Below are positions 42,375 to 54,650 of a DNA stretch of 64,000 bases, one piece after another. The notes under the pieces are model-generated. The model had not been told where the DNA came from. It worked only from the letters and a program-made list of their open reading frames with translations, and ran no database searches. This stretch comes from Octopus bimaculoides (Eukaryota). The DNA is taken from assembly GCF_001194135.2 (NCBI RefSeq), contig NC_069001.1, positions 36,634,698 through 36,698,697 on the forward strand. Reading direction: 5' to 3'. The stretch's first letter is position 1. Each line of letters opens with the position of its first letter. Position numbers and translations under genes: made by a program.

Positions 42375-42963
42375 GTAAGGTCACTCCATGACTGTTAGAT
42401 GGACGTTTTCAATTCCCTAACATTTGTCTTCTAAATTTGTCCAGTACACTCTGTAAAGTGGTTGGCATTAGGAATGGCAGAGATTTTATGGCTGGATGCC
42501 CTCCCTAACACCAACCACTCCGCAGAGTGGACTCAGTGCTTTTTATGTGGCACTAGCACAGGTAAGGTTAGTTTTGGCAGGATTTTTACGACTGGATGCC
42601 CTTCCAAATGCCAACCACATTACAGTGTGGACTGGATGCTTTTAACATGGCACCAGCACTAGCAGGGTAAACAAGGCATGTCATGTATCTATTAGAAGAA
42701 ACAGCCCAGTTACTTTCTCTAACATTCCAACCACACAAGTAAATGTGTGATGAACAAAATGGGAATTTTGAAAGAATATTTATGAAACTAGTTTATAAAC
42801 ATTGAATGGCCATGGAAATCCACCGGAATAAAACAGTGACCAAAGGGGTCCATACGTTAAAAAAATGGTTGAGAATCAGTGAGTTAAAGGATTAGCCATA
42901 TCTGTTGCTGACCCCTAAAAAAAAATTTTATAATAAAATCAGCTAATTTTTTATTTCTTTCAG

Positions 42964-43109
42964 GATCAGAAGCTCGTATAATTCGGCAAATGTCCTCAGA
43001 CAGCATGTCCAGTATCAACAGTTTGTCTAGTGCTTGCAGTGCTGCCAGCCAGCAGTCTGCTGCCACAGATGGTGACATCGGCAAGAAAAAGAACAAAAAG
43101 AAGGGCTGG
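42964..43109 (+). CDS. NAV2: NAV internal coding exon
   Basis: Flanked by tttctttcag and gtaaat. 146 nt, phase 1/0, reads (G)SEARIIRQMSSDSMSSINSLSSACSAASQQSAATDGDIGKKKNKKKGW, matching NAV IRRQHSSDSVSSINS...KKKKxxW. Confidence 0.92.
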
Positions 43110-43507
43110 GTAAATATTTTGGCTCTCTCCTTTCTTTTTACCTTTTCACATTATCACTCTGTCTCTCTTACACAAAAAGACCTACTCACAAACTATATAT
43201 ACGTCTGTATGTATGTATATATATGTACACACACACACATATACATATTGATTCTGTTATTGGTTTCAGCCAGTAGATGTGGCCATACTAGGGCACTGTC
43301 ATGAACACTAATGCTCATTTATTTTAGAAACCTTTCCTGATTCTTTCTCCAGAATTGGTCCTGGAGAATTCGTCACTCAAACAGAACTGCTCTCCTTCCT
43401 ATTTCTTGTCATATATCTACACACACACACACACACACGTTTTTCCATTGTGTTTGTTCTCTCTTTCTTTCACTCATTCCTTCTTTCTTTCTTTCTTTCT
43501 ATTTCAG

Positions 43508-43677
43508 CTGCGTAGTTCATTCAGTAAAGCCTTCTCTCGCAAAAAGAATAAACATGGATCTATGTCAGACGTGGAACCAGATACCACTAGTCTAAGATCT
43601 AATTGTTCTGCTCCAAATTCTCCTCTTTTACAACTTTCACATCTCAATGGCCCTGGATCTATCAAGGGGTCACATTC
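43508..43677 (+). CDS. NAV2: NAV internal coding exon, 3' end lost in assembly gap
   Basis: Polypyrimidine tract and atttcag acceptor. Reads LRSSFSKAFSRKKNKHGSMSDVEPDTTSLRSNCSAPNSPLLQLSHLNGPGSIKGSH; joined to the previous exon it gives W|LRSSFxKAF, the NAV hallmark. Runs into N at 43678. Confidence 0.92.
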
Positions 43678-44389
43678 NNNNNNNNNNNNNNNNNNNNNNN
43701 NNNNNNNNNNNNNNNNNNNNNNNNNNNNNNNNNNNNNNNNNNNNNNNNNNNNNNNNNNNNNNNNNNNNNNNNNNNNNNNNNNNNNNNNNNNNNNNNNNNN
43801 NNNNNNNNNNNNNNNNNNNNNNNNNNNNNNNNNNNNNNNNNNNNNNNNNNNNNNNNNNNNNNNNNNNNNNNNNNNNNNNNNNNNNNNNNNNNNNNNNNNN
43901 NNNNNNNNNNNNNNNNNNNNNNNNNNNNNNNNNNNNNNNNNNNNNNNNNNNNNNNNNNNNNNNNNNNNNNNNNNNNNNNNNNNNNNNNNNNNNNNNNNNN
44001 NNNNNNNNNNNNNNNNNNNNNNNNNNNNNNNNNNNNNNNNNNNNNNNNNNNNNNNNNNNNNNNNNNNNNNNNNNNNNNNNNNNNNNNNNNNNNNNNNNNN
44101 NNNNNNNNNNNNNNNNNNNNNNNNNNNNNNNNNNNNNNNNNNNNNNNNNNNNNNNNNNNNNNNNNNNNNNNNNNNNNNNNNNNNNNCTTGTTTTAAAATT
44201 ATCTTAATTAAAACCTTCCTTTATAATTTCAAAACACCTTAATAATAAAGAAGTCATTTTACTAAATTTTCCACTGTTTTCAAAATGAATTGAAACAACA
44301 ACAGTTTATTTCAACAGAACTATAACAAAAGAGTTTTTTTTTTTTTTTAATTTAAGAAATACACAAAAATAGCACATACAAGCTTTTGT

Positions 44390-44425
<36 letters not shown>

Positions 44426-45267
44426 GGTCAGACCTGCAGTTCCAATCAGGAGTCAAACTATACAGAAATTAATCAATATGTTATCAGCCCTGATCAAACG
44501 AATCTATGATCAAATGCATTCAGCCATGATTGTCCACCCCCGCCCCTTTTTTCAGACCTAGTGTATCTTGGAGTACATTCTGCAATATACTCTCTCCTCG
44601 TTTTTGGATAGGAGCCAAATGCCCTAACCACTGAGCCACGCATCTTCATATATATATATATATCACCATCATCATCATTTATTGTCTGCTTTCCATGCTA
44701 GCATGGGTTGGACGGTTTGACTGAAGGCTGGCAAGCTAGGAGACTGCACCAGGCTCTAATCTGATCTGGCAAAGTGATATTTATATATGTGTGTGTGTGT
44801 GCACAGATGCACACACATATACATATACTTTCCTATTAACTATTGCCACACCAAACAGGCAAGTACTGGGGTCAATCTAATCGACTATTCCCCTCTGCAC
44901 AAATTTCAGGCCTTGTGCCTATAGCAGAAAGGATTATTATTCTTATTTATTTATTTATTTATTGCCCATAGAGGGCTAAACATAGAGGGAACAAACAAGG
45001 ACAGACAAAGGGATTAAGTCGATTACATCAACTCCAGTGCATAACTGGTACTTATTTAATCGACCCTAAAAGGATGAAAGGCAACCTTGGCAGAATTTGA
45101 ACTCAGAACGTAACAGCAGATGAAATACCGCTAAACATTATTATTATTATTATTATTATTAAGGTGGTGAGCTGGCAGAATCGTTTGCACGCTAGGTGAA
45201 ATGCGGTATTTCTGCCGCTATATTCTGAGTTCAAATTCCACCGAGGTCAACTTTGCCTTTCATCCTT

Positions 45268-45367
45268 NNNNNNNNNNNNNNNNNNNNNNNNNNNNNNNNN
45301 NNNNNNNNNNNNNNNNNNNNNNNNNNNNNNNNNNNNNNNNNNNNNNNNNNNNNNNNNNNNNNNNNNN
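45268..45367. other. Assembly gap of exactly 100 N (unknown-size scaffold join)
   Basis: Counted 3+30+60+7 = 100 N. Other large gaps in the window have irregular, estimated sizes. Confidence 0.8.
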
Positions 45368-45412
<45 letters not shown>

Positions 45413-45414
45413 GG

Positions 45415-46077
45415 AGACCTATTGTTGGCGTGTGGTCTGTGTGTAGTCTTGTTGCTAGTTTTCGGGTTAGTGGGCTAAGTGAGCACTTTCGGATCTATAA
45501 TTTCTTCATCAGAATTTACATTTTGTATGGTTGTTACTGCAGGCGTTGATTAGAAGCTGCATTAGTTAGAAGTTCCGGAGGCTGTAAATAAATTTCCAAC
45601 TGCCAAATTCGTTCCGGCGGTTGAGGCTGGGCGCCTTCTTCCTGATGAAATGAGCCGCCTTTATTCAGAGGTTGACTGCATCTGTTCCCCTGGCCAATAT
45701 CCGAGTGAAGAATTCTCCATCGCAGTGCTTGTGGTGTTGGAATATGGCGCTGGGTGTTGTGGCCTTGTGAAGATGTTCTTTCACTCTGACATGGGACTGT
45801 CGTTTGGTCGATCCAATATATTTATCTCTCCAAGTACAGGTCACTTCATGTATTACATTTGTCTGAAAACATAGCCTGGTACTGTTCGCTGGTTGTCTGG
45901 CCCTGATGGTGCATTAGTTCTAACAGGATGTGTTCCGTATGTTGTTGTGGAAGAGATGTTATCTTAGGGTGTGACCTCGCCTCGTGATTCTGAGAGGGAG
46001 GCCAGACTTTCTGACGACGTTCCTCAGTTGGTCTTCAACCTTTTTTCGATAGTACAGAAGGTTGATATATGTCCATC

Positions 46078-46116
<39 letters not shown>

Positions 46117-46950
46117 CCTGAGTCTGTATCCTCTACAGTACAGCATCCTGATGAAATTTTTCTTCACGTCGTCTTTTACATCAGCCTCGTCGCATCTATT
46201 TATGCGGTGGTTGAGCTCATTAAGGGCTACACTATGTTTCAATGTCTATGGGTATGCCGAATCCGAATGGAGGAAGTTGTCTTTCTTCGCCCCTTTCTCG
46301 AAGAAGAGGTTTGTGGCATGTCCCGATGTGAAGGATACGTTGAAGTCTAAGAGGCTCAGCGACTCATTTGCGGTTGAGTGTTCAATGTCGAATTGGATGT
46401 TGTGGAGTAGGTTGTTAAAGACATTATGGATCTTGATCGCCTCATCCCTGGATTTGGTTAAGACGAAGGCATCATCGATGTATCTCCGGTATAGGGTGAT
46501 GTGTCGTCCTGCGTGGAGTGCTTGGCGCTTCAGTTAGTCCAGGGTAAAGGCGGCCAGGATACCACTGAGTTTGGATCCCATTTGGAGGTTGCTGTGTTGT
46601 CAGTATGTGGTGTTTTTATACTGGAAGTATGTGCTAGCAGTGCAGAAATCCAGGATGAATTTGAGGCCTGCTGGTGGAAAGTCAGTGGCCAGCTTGTGGT
46701 TTCACTCTAGTCGCTCTTGGATTTCTAGTATAGCCTCAGCCGATGGTATGCTGGTATACATAGACTGTATGTCTAGGCTGAAGGGGTAGTTGTTGTCCGA
46801 GACGGTTCTGGGCGGAAGCTTACGTAGTAGCTCGATGAGTTGCCAGCTGTCCTCAAGGTGTGCTGGTATGTGTGCCAACAGTGACTTGAGGAGCCCTTCT
46901 ACAATTCATTCCATCTTCCGAAGTGGGGCGTACTTCGAGTTGCCCCAGGT
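45415..46950 (-). mobile_element. Decayed, 5'-truncated Penelope-like retroelement (RT + GIY-YIG endonuclease)
   Basis: Minus-strand translation gives PFSLDIQSMYTSIP, YFQYKNTTY*Q..LQMGSKLSGILA and YRRYIDDAF (PLE-type RT), then NVIHEVTC..DKYIGSTKR..HVRVKEH and EA.FIRKKAPSLNRRNE (GIY-YIG). Several stops and a (GA)n insertion near 46081-46111. Confidence 0.88.
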
Positions 46951-48337
46951 CGTTGGTTTCCTCGTGTGTTTTTATTTGGCAATAGAACAGCGAAAAAAAA
47001 AACTTTCCGGGTTTTCTCAAACGAGTATTACCAAAGACCTCCTCACGGTTCACTGTTTATATAAATATATTTATATTAATACCTCAGTTTCTCATCATCT
47101 TCAAGATGATTTTTATTTATTTATCTTTAATTTTTTTGAATATTTCTTAAATATTTTCTCTTTACGTTTTTCGTTTTTCATTCTTCATTCTTCATTTTTC
47201 AGTTTCCCAATTTTTCATTTTGTCGGTTCTCCACAGTTTTCTCTTCATTGCTCTATTCTACCATCTTTCCCCCTTAGCTCTTAGTTTCCCCATCGATAAA
47301 CCGCTACACTCCTCCCCCAGGTATCACCTCCTTCTACCTGTTCATTCTTTCCGCCTAACTCAACTTTACTTCTCTTAGCATAGTACCCCCTCTCACCATC
47401 CTACTACGGCGTCACCCTGTCACGCCTCTCTGTACTAGACCACAACCGTGTGGCCTGAAATACACCAATATCTTTTAGCTTCTATAACGTTTTTCATGCT
47501 CTTGCAAAAATGGTATGGTGTGAAGATAAATAGCAACCACAACTCATAGATTATTTTGGAGGTCACAAGTCTTGTCCGATACTTGCAATACAGTGGATTC
47601 AAAGTGACAATATCAAATCACGAAAGCATTAAATCCATCTCTGCAACAAAGAATGTTAACAAATGGGTGAACAGTAAGAAACTGAGCTCAAATCACTGAA
47701 TTAATGCTGCTAGCCATTACACAATAATAGAACTTTTTATTGTTAATAAATAAGCGGTGAGCTGGCAGAATCGTTAGAACCGCCGGACAAAATATTTAGC
47801 AGCATTTCCACCGGCTTAACGTTCTGAGCTCGAATTCTGCCGTGGTCGACTTTGCCTCTCATTCTATTGGAGTTGATAAAATCATGTACCAGTTGAGTTG
47901 TTGGATCGATGTAATTGACTAAACCACCATCAATTTAATTTAGGCTCTTTACGTTCTGAGTTCAAGTTTCGATGCGGTTATCTGCGTCATTCATCCCACA
48001 GAGGTTGACAAAATAATATGCAGTCAAGTACTTGGGTCGTCTATATCTACTATATACTCGACCCAATTTTTTCTTTTTTTTTATCAAGCAAATATTAGAA
48101 GTCAGGAATTAAGGAGGTGTACTTGCCAGGCAACCAATTTAATTTAAGACAGTGTGTTGAAACTAATTCCACGATTGCAGCGTGGAAGGCACGTGTTAGC
48201 CATTCAGAAACACAGCGATGACTTCAGTTAAACATTTACTGTTTGTATCGTGGTATCAAAAGTTCTCTCACTCGAAACTGCGACCCTGTCACTGACAATG
48301 TTACGCTGCACCTAATCATATCCAGAATTTTGCAACC

Positions 48338-48370
<33 letters not shown>

Positions 48371-50560
48371 TATATACATATATANNNNNNNNNNNNNNNN
48401 NNNNNNNNNNNNNNNNNNNNNNNNNNNNNNNNNNNNNNNNNNNNNNNNNNNNNNNNNNNNNNNNNNNNNNNNNNNNNNNNNNNNNNNNNNNNNNNNNNNN
48501 NNNNNNNNNNNNNNNNNNNNNNNNNNNNNNNNNNNNNNNNNNNNNNNNNNNNNNNNNNNNNNNNNNNNNNNNNNNNNNNNNNNNNNNNNNNNNNNNNNNN
48601 NNNNNNNNNNNNNNNNNNNNNNNNNNNNNNNNNNNNNNNNNNNNNNNNNNNNNNNNNNNNNNNNNNNNNNNNNNNNNNNNNNNNNNNNNNNNNNNNNNNN
48701 NNNNNNNNNNNNNNNNNNNNNNNNNNNNNNNNNNNNNNNNNNNNNNNNNNNNNNNNNNNNNNNNNNNNNNNNNNNNNNNNNNNNNNNNNNNNNNNNNNNN
48801 NNNNNNNNNNNNNNNNNNNNNNNNNNNNNNNNNNNNNNNNNNNNNNNNNNNNNNNNNNNNNNNNNNNNNNNNNNNNNNNNNNNNNNNNNNNNNNNNNNNN
48901 NNNNNNNNNNNNNNNNNNNNNNNNNNNNNNNNNNNNNNNNNNNNNNNNNNNNNNNNNNNNNNNNNNNNNNNNNNNNNNNNNNNNNNNNNNNNNNNNNNNN
49001 NNNNNNNNNNNNNNNNNNNNNNNNNNNNNNNNNNNNNNNNNNNNNNNNNNNNNNNNNNNNGATCGACCACACAATATACATCGCTGGTCACAATGACTTT
49101 TTGCATCGTCTTAGCTTTCGAATAATGCCACTTCGCTGGATAGGCAAGTAGGCCAACGTTCCTCCCGATCAAAAGGCTACTTTGTTATGGGGCTACCAAT
49201 TTACAGCTAGGTGGACAGGATCAAAGTGAAATGAAGGATTTTTACTTAAGAACACAACGCGCCGCCCGATCCGGGAATTGAACCCACGATTTAGCAATCG
49301 TAAGTGCAGCCCCCTAACAACTAGGCGGCCACAGAAGCCCACAACTCTGATGCAGTGTTGATTAATGAGTAGTTCGCTGTTTCGAGTGACGACATTTTAG
49401 TATCATATTGCATACAACAAATCTTTATGTGAAGCTAACAGCCTGTGTTTCTTTTTGGTTACACTTGCCTTCTACGCTACAGTGGTTTCAGAAGTCAATA
49501 TTACAATTGAATATTTTCTCGACACTAAGTTTATTGATTTCCATACGAAGTCAAAAACTTCACTCACATTCTTGGGGGTTTCAAAATTCCTCAAAAATGT
49601 AATTCATTTCTTTTTTTTTTTTTTTATTATTATCATTTTAACATTTTCTTTTCTTTTGCGTTTCACTTTCTTTCAGATAGGAACGTGCGTAAGAATGTAT
49701 GTATGAATGTATGCACAGTACGTACAGTATATATATATATATATATATATGTATAACTGCATGTATGTAAGTATGCATATATATATATATATATATATAC
49801 ATATATATACATGCATCGTTAGATTGATAGATATAGTCTCATACATACGTATACACCTATNNNNNNNNNNNNNNNNNNNNNNNNNNNNNNNNNNNNNNNN
49901 NNNNNNNNNNNNNNNNNNNNNNNNNNNNNNNNNNNNNNNNNNNNNNNNNNNNNNNNNNNNNNNNNNNNNNNNNNNNNNNNNNNNNNNNNNNNNNNNNNNN
50001 NNNNNNNNNNNNNNNNNNNNNNNNNNNNNNNNNNNNNNNNNNNNNNNNNNNNNNNNNNNNNNNNNNNNNNNNNNNNNNNNNNNNNNNNNNNNNNNNNNNN
50101 NNNNNNNNNNNNNNNNNNNNNNNNNNNNNNNNNNNNNNNNNNNNNNNNNNNNNNNNNNNNNNNNNNNNNNNNNNNNNNNNNNNNNNNNNNNNNNNNNNNN
50201 NNNNNNNNNNNNNNNNNNNNNNNNNNNNNNNNNNNNNNNNNNNNNNNNNNNNNNNNNNNNNNNNNNNNNNNNNNNNNNNNNNNNNNNNNNNNNNNNNNNN
50301 NNNNNNNNNNNNNNNNNNNNNNNNNNNNNNNNNNNNNNNNNNNNNNNNNNNNNNNNNNNNNNNNNNNNNNNNNNNNNNNNNNNNNNNNNNNNNNNNNNNN
50401 NNNNNNNNNNNNNNNNNNNNNNNNNNNNNNNNNNNNNNNNNNNNNNNNNNNNNNNNNNNNNNNNNNNNNNNNNNNNNNNNNNNNNNNNNNNNNNNNNNNN
50501 NNNNNNNNNNNNNNNNNNNATATATATATATATATATATATGTATGTATATATATATGTA

Positions 50561-50596
<36 letters not shown>

Positions 50597-50814
50597 TGTA
50601 TGTATGTATGCATGTATGTATGTATGTATGTATGCCCATGCTTGTGTGTATGTGTCTGTGTTTGTGCTTATACTAATGTCTATGCAAGCTTATATGTACA
50701 GAGAGGGAGAGAAGGAAAGAGAGAAATATTAAAGGTCCTAGTGGGTTTCAGTGTTTCCCTTGTTTTGTTTTGTTTTTTTCATAAGACTCTACAATTGGTT
50801 CAAAGTAATATATG

Positions 50815-50865
50815 ATAATAATAATAATAATAGTAATAATGATAATAATAATAATAATAATAATA

Positions 50866-50920
<55 letters not shown>

Positions 50921-50960
50921 TAATAATAATAATAATAATAATAATAGTAGTAGTAAGTAG
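50815..50960. repeat. (TAA)n/(TAG)n microsatellite, representative of dozens of simple repeats
   Basis: Direct reading. Other long examples: (AT)n 541-637, mixed AT/GT 30620-31030, (TAA)n 22178-22265. Confidence 0.95.
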
Positions 50961-51344
50961 TAGTAGTAGTAGATTATTTTGTTGTTCTTGTTTGTTTCGT
51001 GTTATTAAGTGGAGTATGTGTATTACTTCGCCTTTTCTTTCTTTTTTTTTTTATTTTTTCAAGCCAAAGGGTTAACCGAAACCACCTCTCTCGAGAGAAA
51101 GAGAAGATGAAGAAAAAAAAAACATGAAAGAAAGCATGGAAGAACCAAAATGATTCTTCAAGTATTAAGCTGCTGCAGAAAGAGAGTGAATTATAAACAT
51201 AACCGAATGTCTGGAGGCCACGTTTGAATATTCTGAGATATTGATTGAATGGAGATGATGTTTTTTTTGTTTTCTTTTCTTTTTTCTTTTTTTTTTTAAC
51301 ATGGTGGCTTTTGCATGGAACAATAATGCAAATGTGATCGTAAG

Positions 51345-54214
51345 TTAGTTTTTAGAAAACCGTGATTTTAATTCCTTCTTTAGTAGTTTCAATAAGAACA
51401 TGATAAAGTCATCGTCGTCATCATAGACACTTTTCAGTTGTTTGATGAATGAATCTATTTCTGTAGGATTAAATTCTTTTTCGATACCTTCCCTTTCTTC
51501 TTGCGTAGAAGAGTGGATTTGCCTAGAAATATTCATTGTTATTTTTAGTGGTGGCTTGTCGCCTGCTATTTTATAAGAAGTCAGCGATGGCGACTTTGTG
51601 CTTTGTGGCTTGCTATAGTCTTTCTTTGTACTTTCTGCTGATTCTGATTCATTGCTCTCATCATTAGCTAATGCATTTGTGAAGCCAGCCGATGAATTTG
51701 TAATAGTTATATTGGTCATAAAGAGTGGTTTCATGATCTCATTTAAGTCTTTATCAACCTGAGAGAATTTTTCGTCCATTTCATTGGATTCATCTTCTTT
51801 CTTTGACCTTTTAGTTGTTATGTTCAAATGTACCCCATGCTTACGGTTATGCTTTTTGCCATGGGCTTTCGTCTTTGGCGCTTTTGGTTTGATTGAAATG
51901 TGATGTTTATTCCCCTTTTTTACATGACGCACCTTAATGGTGGCCAGTAATTTCTTTTTCTGCGCTTTCGATTTCGTTTTTTTACGAGCAAACCAAGTAC
52001 CTTTTTTCTCTTTTCCCTTTTCTATGTGTTTTTTTGGATCTACCATACTCAACTTTTCACCTCCATTGTCATTATCGTCTTCATCCCGGTCGGAGACTGT
52101 GGGCAAGCTTATATCGCCATCGGAAACACAGATTAGTTTGGTGCCAGATTTTATTTTAATTGTTTTACATTTATCATCACCATTATCATTGTCGCCATCC
52201 TCCCCTTCATCCTCCTCCTCATCGTCGTCATCTTCATCGTCACTGTCGTCGTCTTCCCCATTATCACCTTCCTCGCCATTTTCATCATCGCCATTTTCTT
52301 CATCACCATTCTCTCCTTCATCACCATTTTCTTCATCACTATCATCATCCTCATCATCATTATTATCATCATCACCATTTTCGTCATCACCGTTATCCTC
52401 ACCTCCATTAGAGCTCTCCTCGCTTTCCTCTTCTTCCTCCCCCTCCCCTTCCTCTTCGTTCTCCTCGCTCTCTTCCGCCTCTTTCCCATTGGTTCCTTTG
52501 CTATTTTTTATTTTCACGGCAACTTTTATTTTCTTGTGTTTTGACTTTGATTTTCCTGCTTTACCATTATGTCCATTTAGTTTCGCTTTTATTCTAACTT
52601 TGTGTACTCTGTGAGATTTTTCACCATCTTTGCCATCCTCTTCATTCGTGGACTTTGCAGACGCAGATTTCTTTCCGTGTTTACCATTATTGCCCAAACG
52701 AATATTCACAGTTGTTGCATTTTTCCTTACCTTCGATTTACTCATTGCGCCCCCTTCCTCCTCCTCTTCGTCTTCCTGATCTTCCTCTTGTTCGTTCTCG
52801 TCCTCCTCTTCATCATCACCATTATCATCATCAATTTCACCAGCACCATTATCACCGTTGCCATTCCCATTTTCGTCGTCGTCGTCGTCATCATCATCAT
52901 CATCATCACTATCAGAACCACCGGTATCCTCATTTTTATTACCGTTAAAGCCATCTTTACAATTACCATTAAAACAATTATCATTACCATTACCGCCGCC
53001 ATTATCATCATCATCATCATCATCCTCATCATCGCCGTCACTGCTGTTGTCCTCTCCTTCTTCATCAACGACACCCATACCTAGCTCTGGTTCTCCTAAT
53101 TTCATTTGCATCGGATCGTCTTCATCCTCTTCTTCTTCTTCGTCTTCTTCTGATTCTTCATCACTCTCCTCTTCTCCGCTCTCTTTCGCATTTTCAGCCA
53201 CTTTCTTTTCTGTTTCTTCCTCTTTCTCCGACGATTCTTCACTTTCCTCTTCTCCCCCATCCTCATCATCATCCTCATTTTCCTCTTCTTTGGTAGCTTC
53301 GGCGCTTACGATTTTGCTTCCTGCCTCACTCGACGCATCAGCACCGCTTTGACTGGCCTTGCTATCCGCGTCTTCACTATCTTCTCCACCATCCTCATCA
53401 TTACCGAATCCTTGAGACAAATCGCTATCATCAATAAGGAATTTTGATTGTCCTCGACTTTCACGCATGTTACCAATATCTTTCACATTAATATCTATGA
53501 AGTTGTCGCTATGTCGCTTCATTCCATTACTATGCACAGTATTAGTCCTGGTTCTTTTAGGAATTGGAGTTTCAAGCACTGTATCTCTATATGGATCTTC
53601 AACCCCTATCGGATCTGCTTTCGATAAAATATTGCCATATTTAATCTCATCAAGTAGTCCTTTCAAAACTTTATTTCCGTTATCTAACGCTTGACTCATA
53701 TGAAAAATGTTACCAGGTCCGATATTATCAAAACTTTTGGTAATATCACTCTTGAACGGTAATGAGAATATTCTTTCTGTAAGTATTTTTCCATTGTCGG
53801 TTATGTTTTTAACGTTCTGTTCACTGTCTAGCCTCTCGTGGGTATCAATATTTGATACCAGGTTGCTATCAGGTCCTATATCTTTTATCATGAAAACCTT
53901 AAAGGAATTTTTGCCGTTGAGATAAGCGTTCTTTTTTTCTATAAGATAGTTGATCTTCTGGTCAAATCTCTCGCCTTCCTCGAAGAGTTTATTCATGGTC
54001 CTCATACCAAGTTTGTAATCGTTTGTCCAGTGTGAAGAGCCGACGTTTGGCGTGAACATCTGTCCACGATGTGGTTCATAGCTGACCTCGTTTGTGACTG
54101 TTGCCTTGGTTTCTAAGTCATTAAAGAAGTGACTTGTTGGAACTCGCGGATGGCCCATATTGTACTTGTCGTTTTCAGGTATCTCAGCAGATGAACTTGA
54201 ATCGGTTTCGTCGG
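51345..54214 (-). CDS. Large terminal exon of an unrecognised Asp/Glu-rich and Lys/His-rich low-complexity protein, probably secreted
   Basis: 937-codon stop-free ORF (54158-51345). The frame stays open 56 nt further upstream (xCC-DETDSSSSAEIPENDKYN-M) to a tttatttatttatttag acceptor (AG at 54216-54215). Non-repetitive N-terminal ~250 aa and an ordered C-terminus. Such a long open frame in AT-rich DNA is very unlikely by chance. Confidence 0.85.
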
Positions 54215-54429
54215 CTAAATAAATAAATAAATGAAATTATTAATAATCGTAACTGATTTAATTTCATATCATTTAAACAGAAAAGAAAAGCATTGTGATG
54301 GGAGAATAGTTAGATAGACATAGAAAATTCTCTTTGGGTACTTAGAAAATTCAATCTCAGCGGTATTTGAACTCAGAACGCAGAGACAGACGAAATGCCG
54401 CTAAGCATTTTCCCTGGTCTTCTAACAAT

Positions 54430-54650
54430 TATTGATTTCAAATTTTGGCACAAGGCTAGCAATTTCGGGGCAGAGGCTAAGTCGATTACAATGACCCCAG
54501 TATTCAACTGGTACTTATTTTATCGACCCCGAAATGATGAAAGGCAGAGTCGACCTCGGCAGAATTTGAACTCAGAACGTGAAGACGGGCGAAATGCTGC
54601 TAAGCACTTTGACCGACGTGCTAACGATTCTGCGAGCTCGCCGGCTTAGT
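54430..54650 (-). mobile_element. SINE family B, CpG-intact copy in the intron upstream of the acidic-protein exon
   Basis: Reverse complement of gagctggcagaatcgttagcacg..ttctgagttcaaattc.gccgaggtcgactttgcctttcatc..gtaccagttg. Other copies at about 7435, 45160, 47753 (+) and 11815, 20440, 21970, 22790, 25035, 44930, 57715, 63225 (-). Confidence 0.85.

Noticed and set aside
43110-43130. GTAAAT after exon 3 reads Val-Asn, recalling short W-VNE-LRSS splice variants I remember from vertebrate NAVs
   Set aside because: There is no second in-frame GT nearby to give a short extension, so it is most likely just the donor consensus.
43355-43507. N-terminal part of the 295-aa track ORF (MVLENSS...FFLFQ)
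   Set aside because: It is intron sequence with a polypyrimidine tract. NAV similarity starts at the 43508 acceptor.
51937-53925. Ser-, His/Pro- and Ile-rich ORFs on + and Met-rich alternate frames on -
   Set aside because: They are antisense or out-of-frame shadows of the GAN-rich acidic exon.
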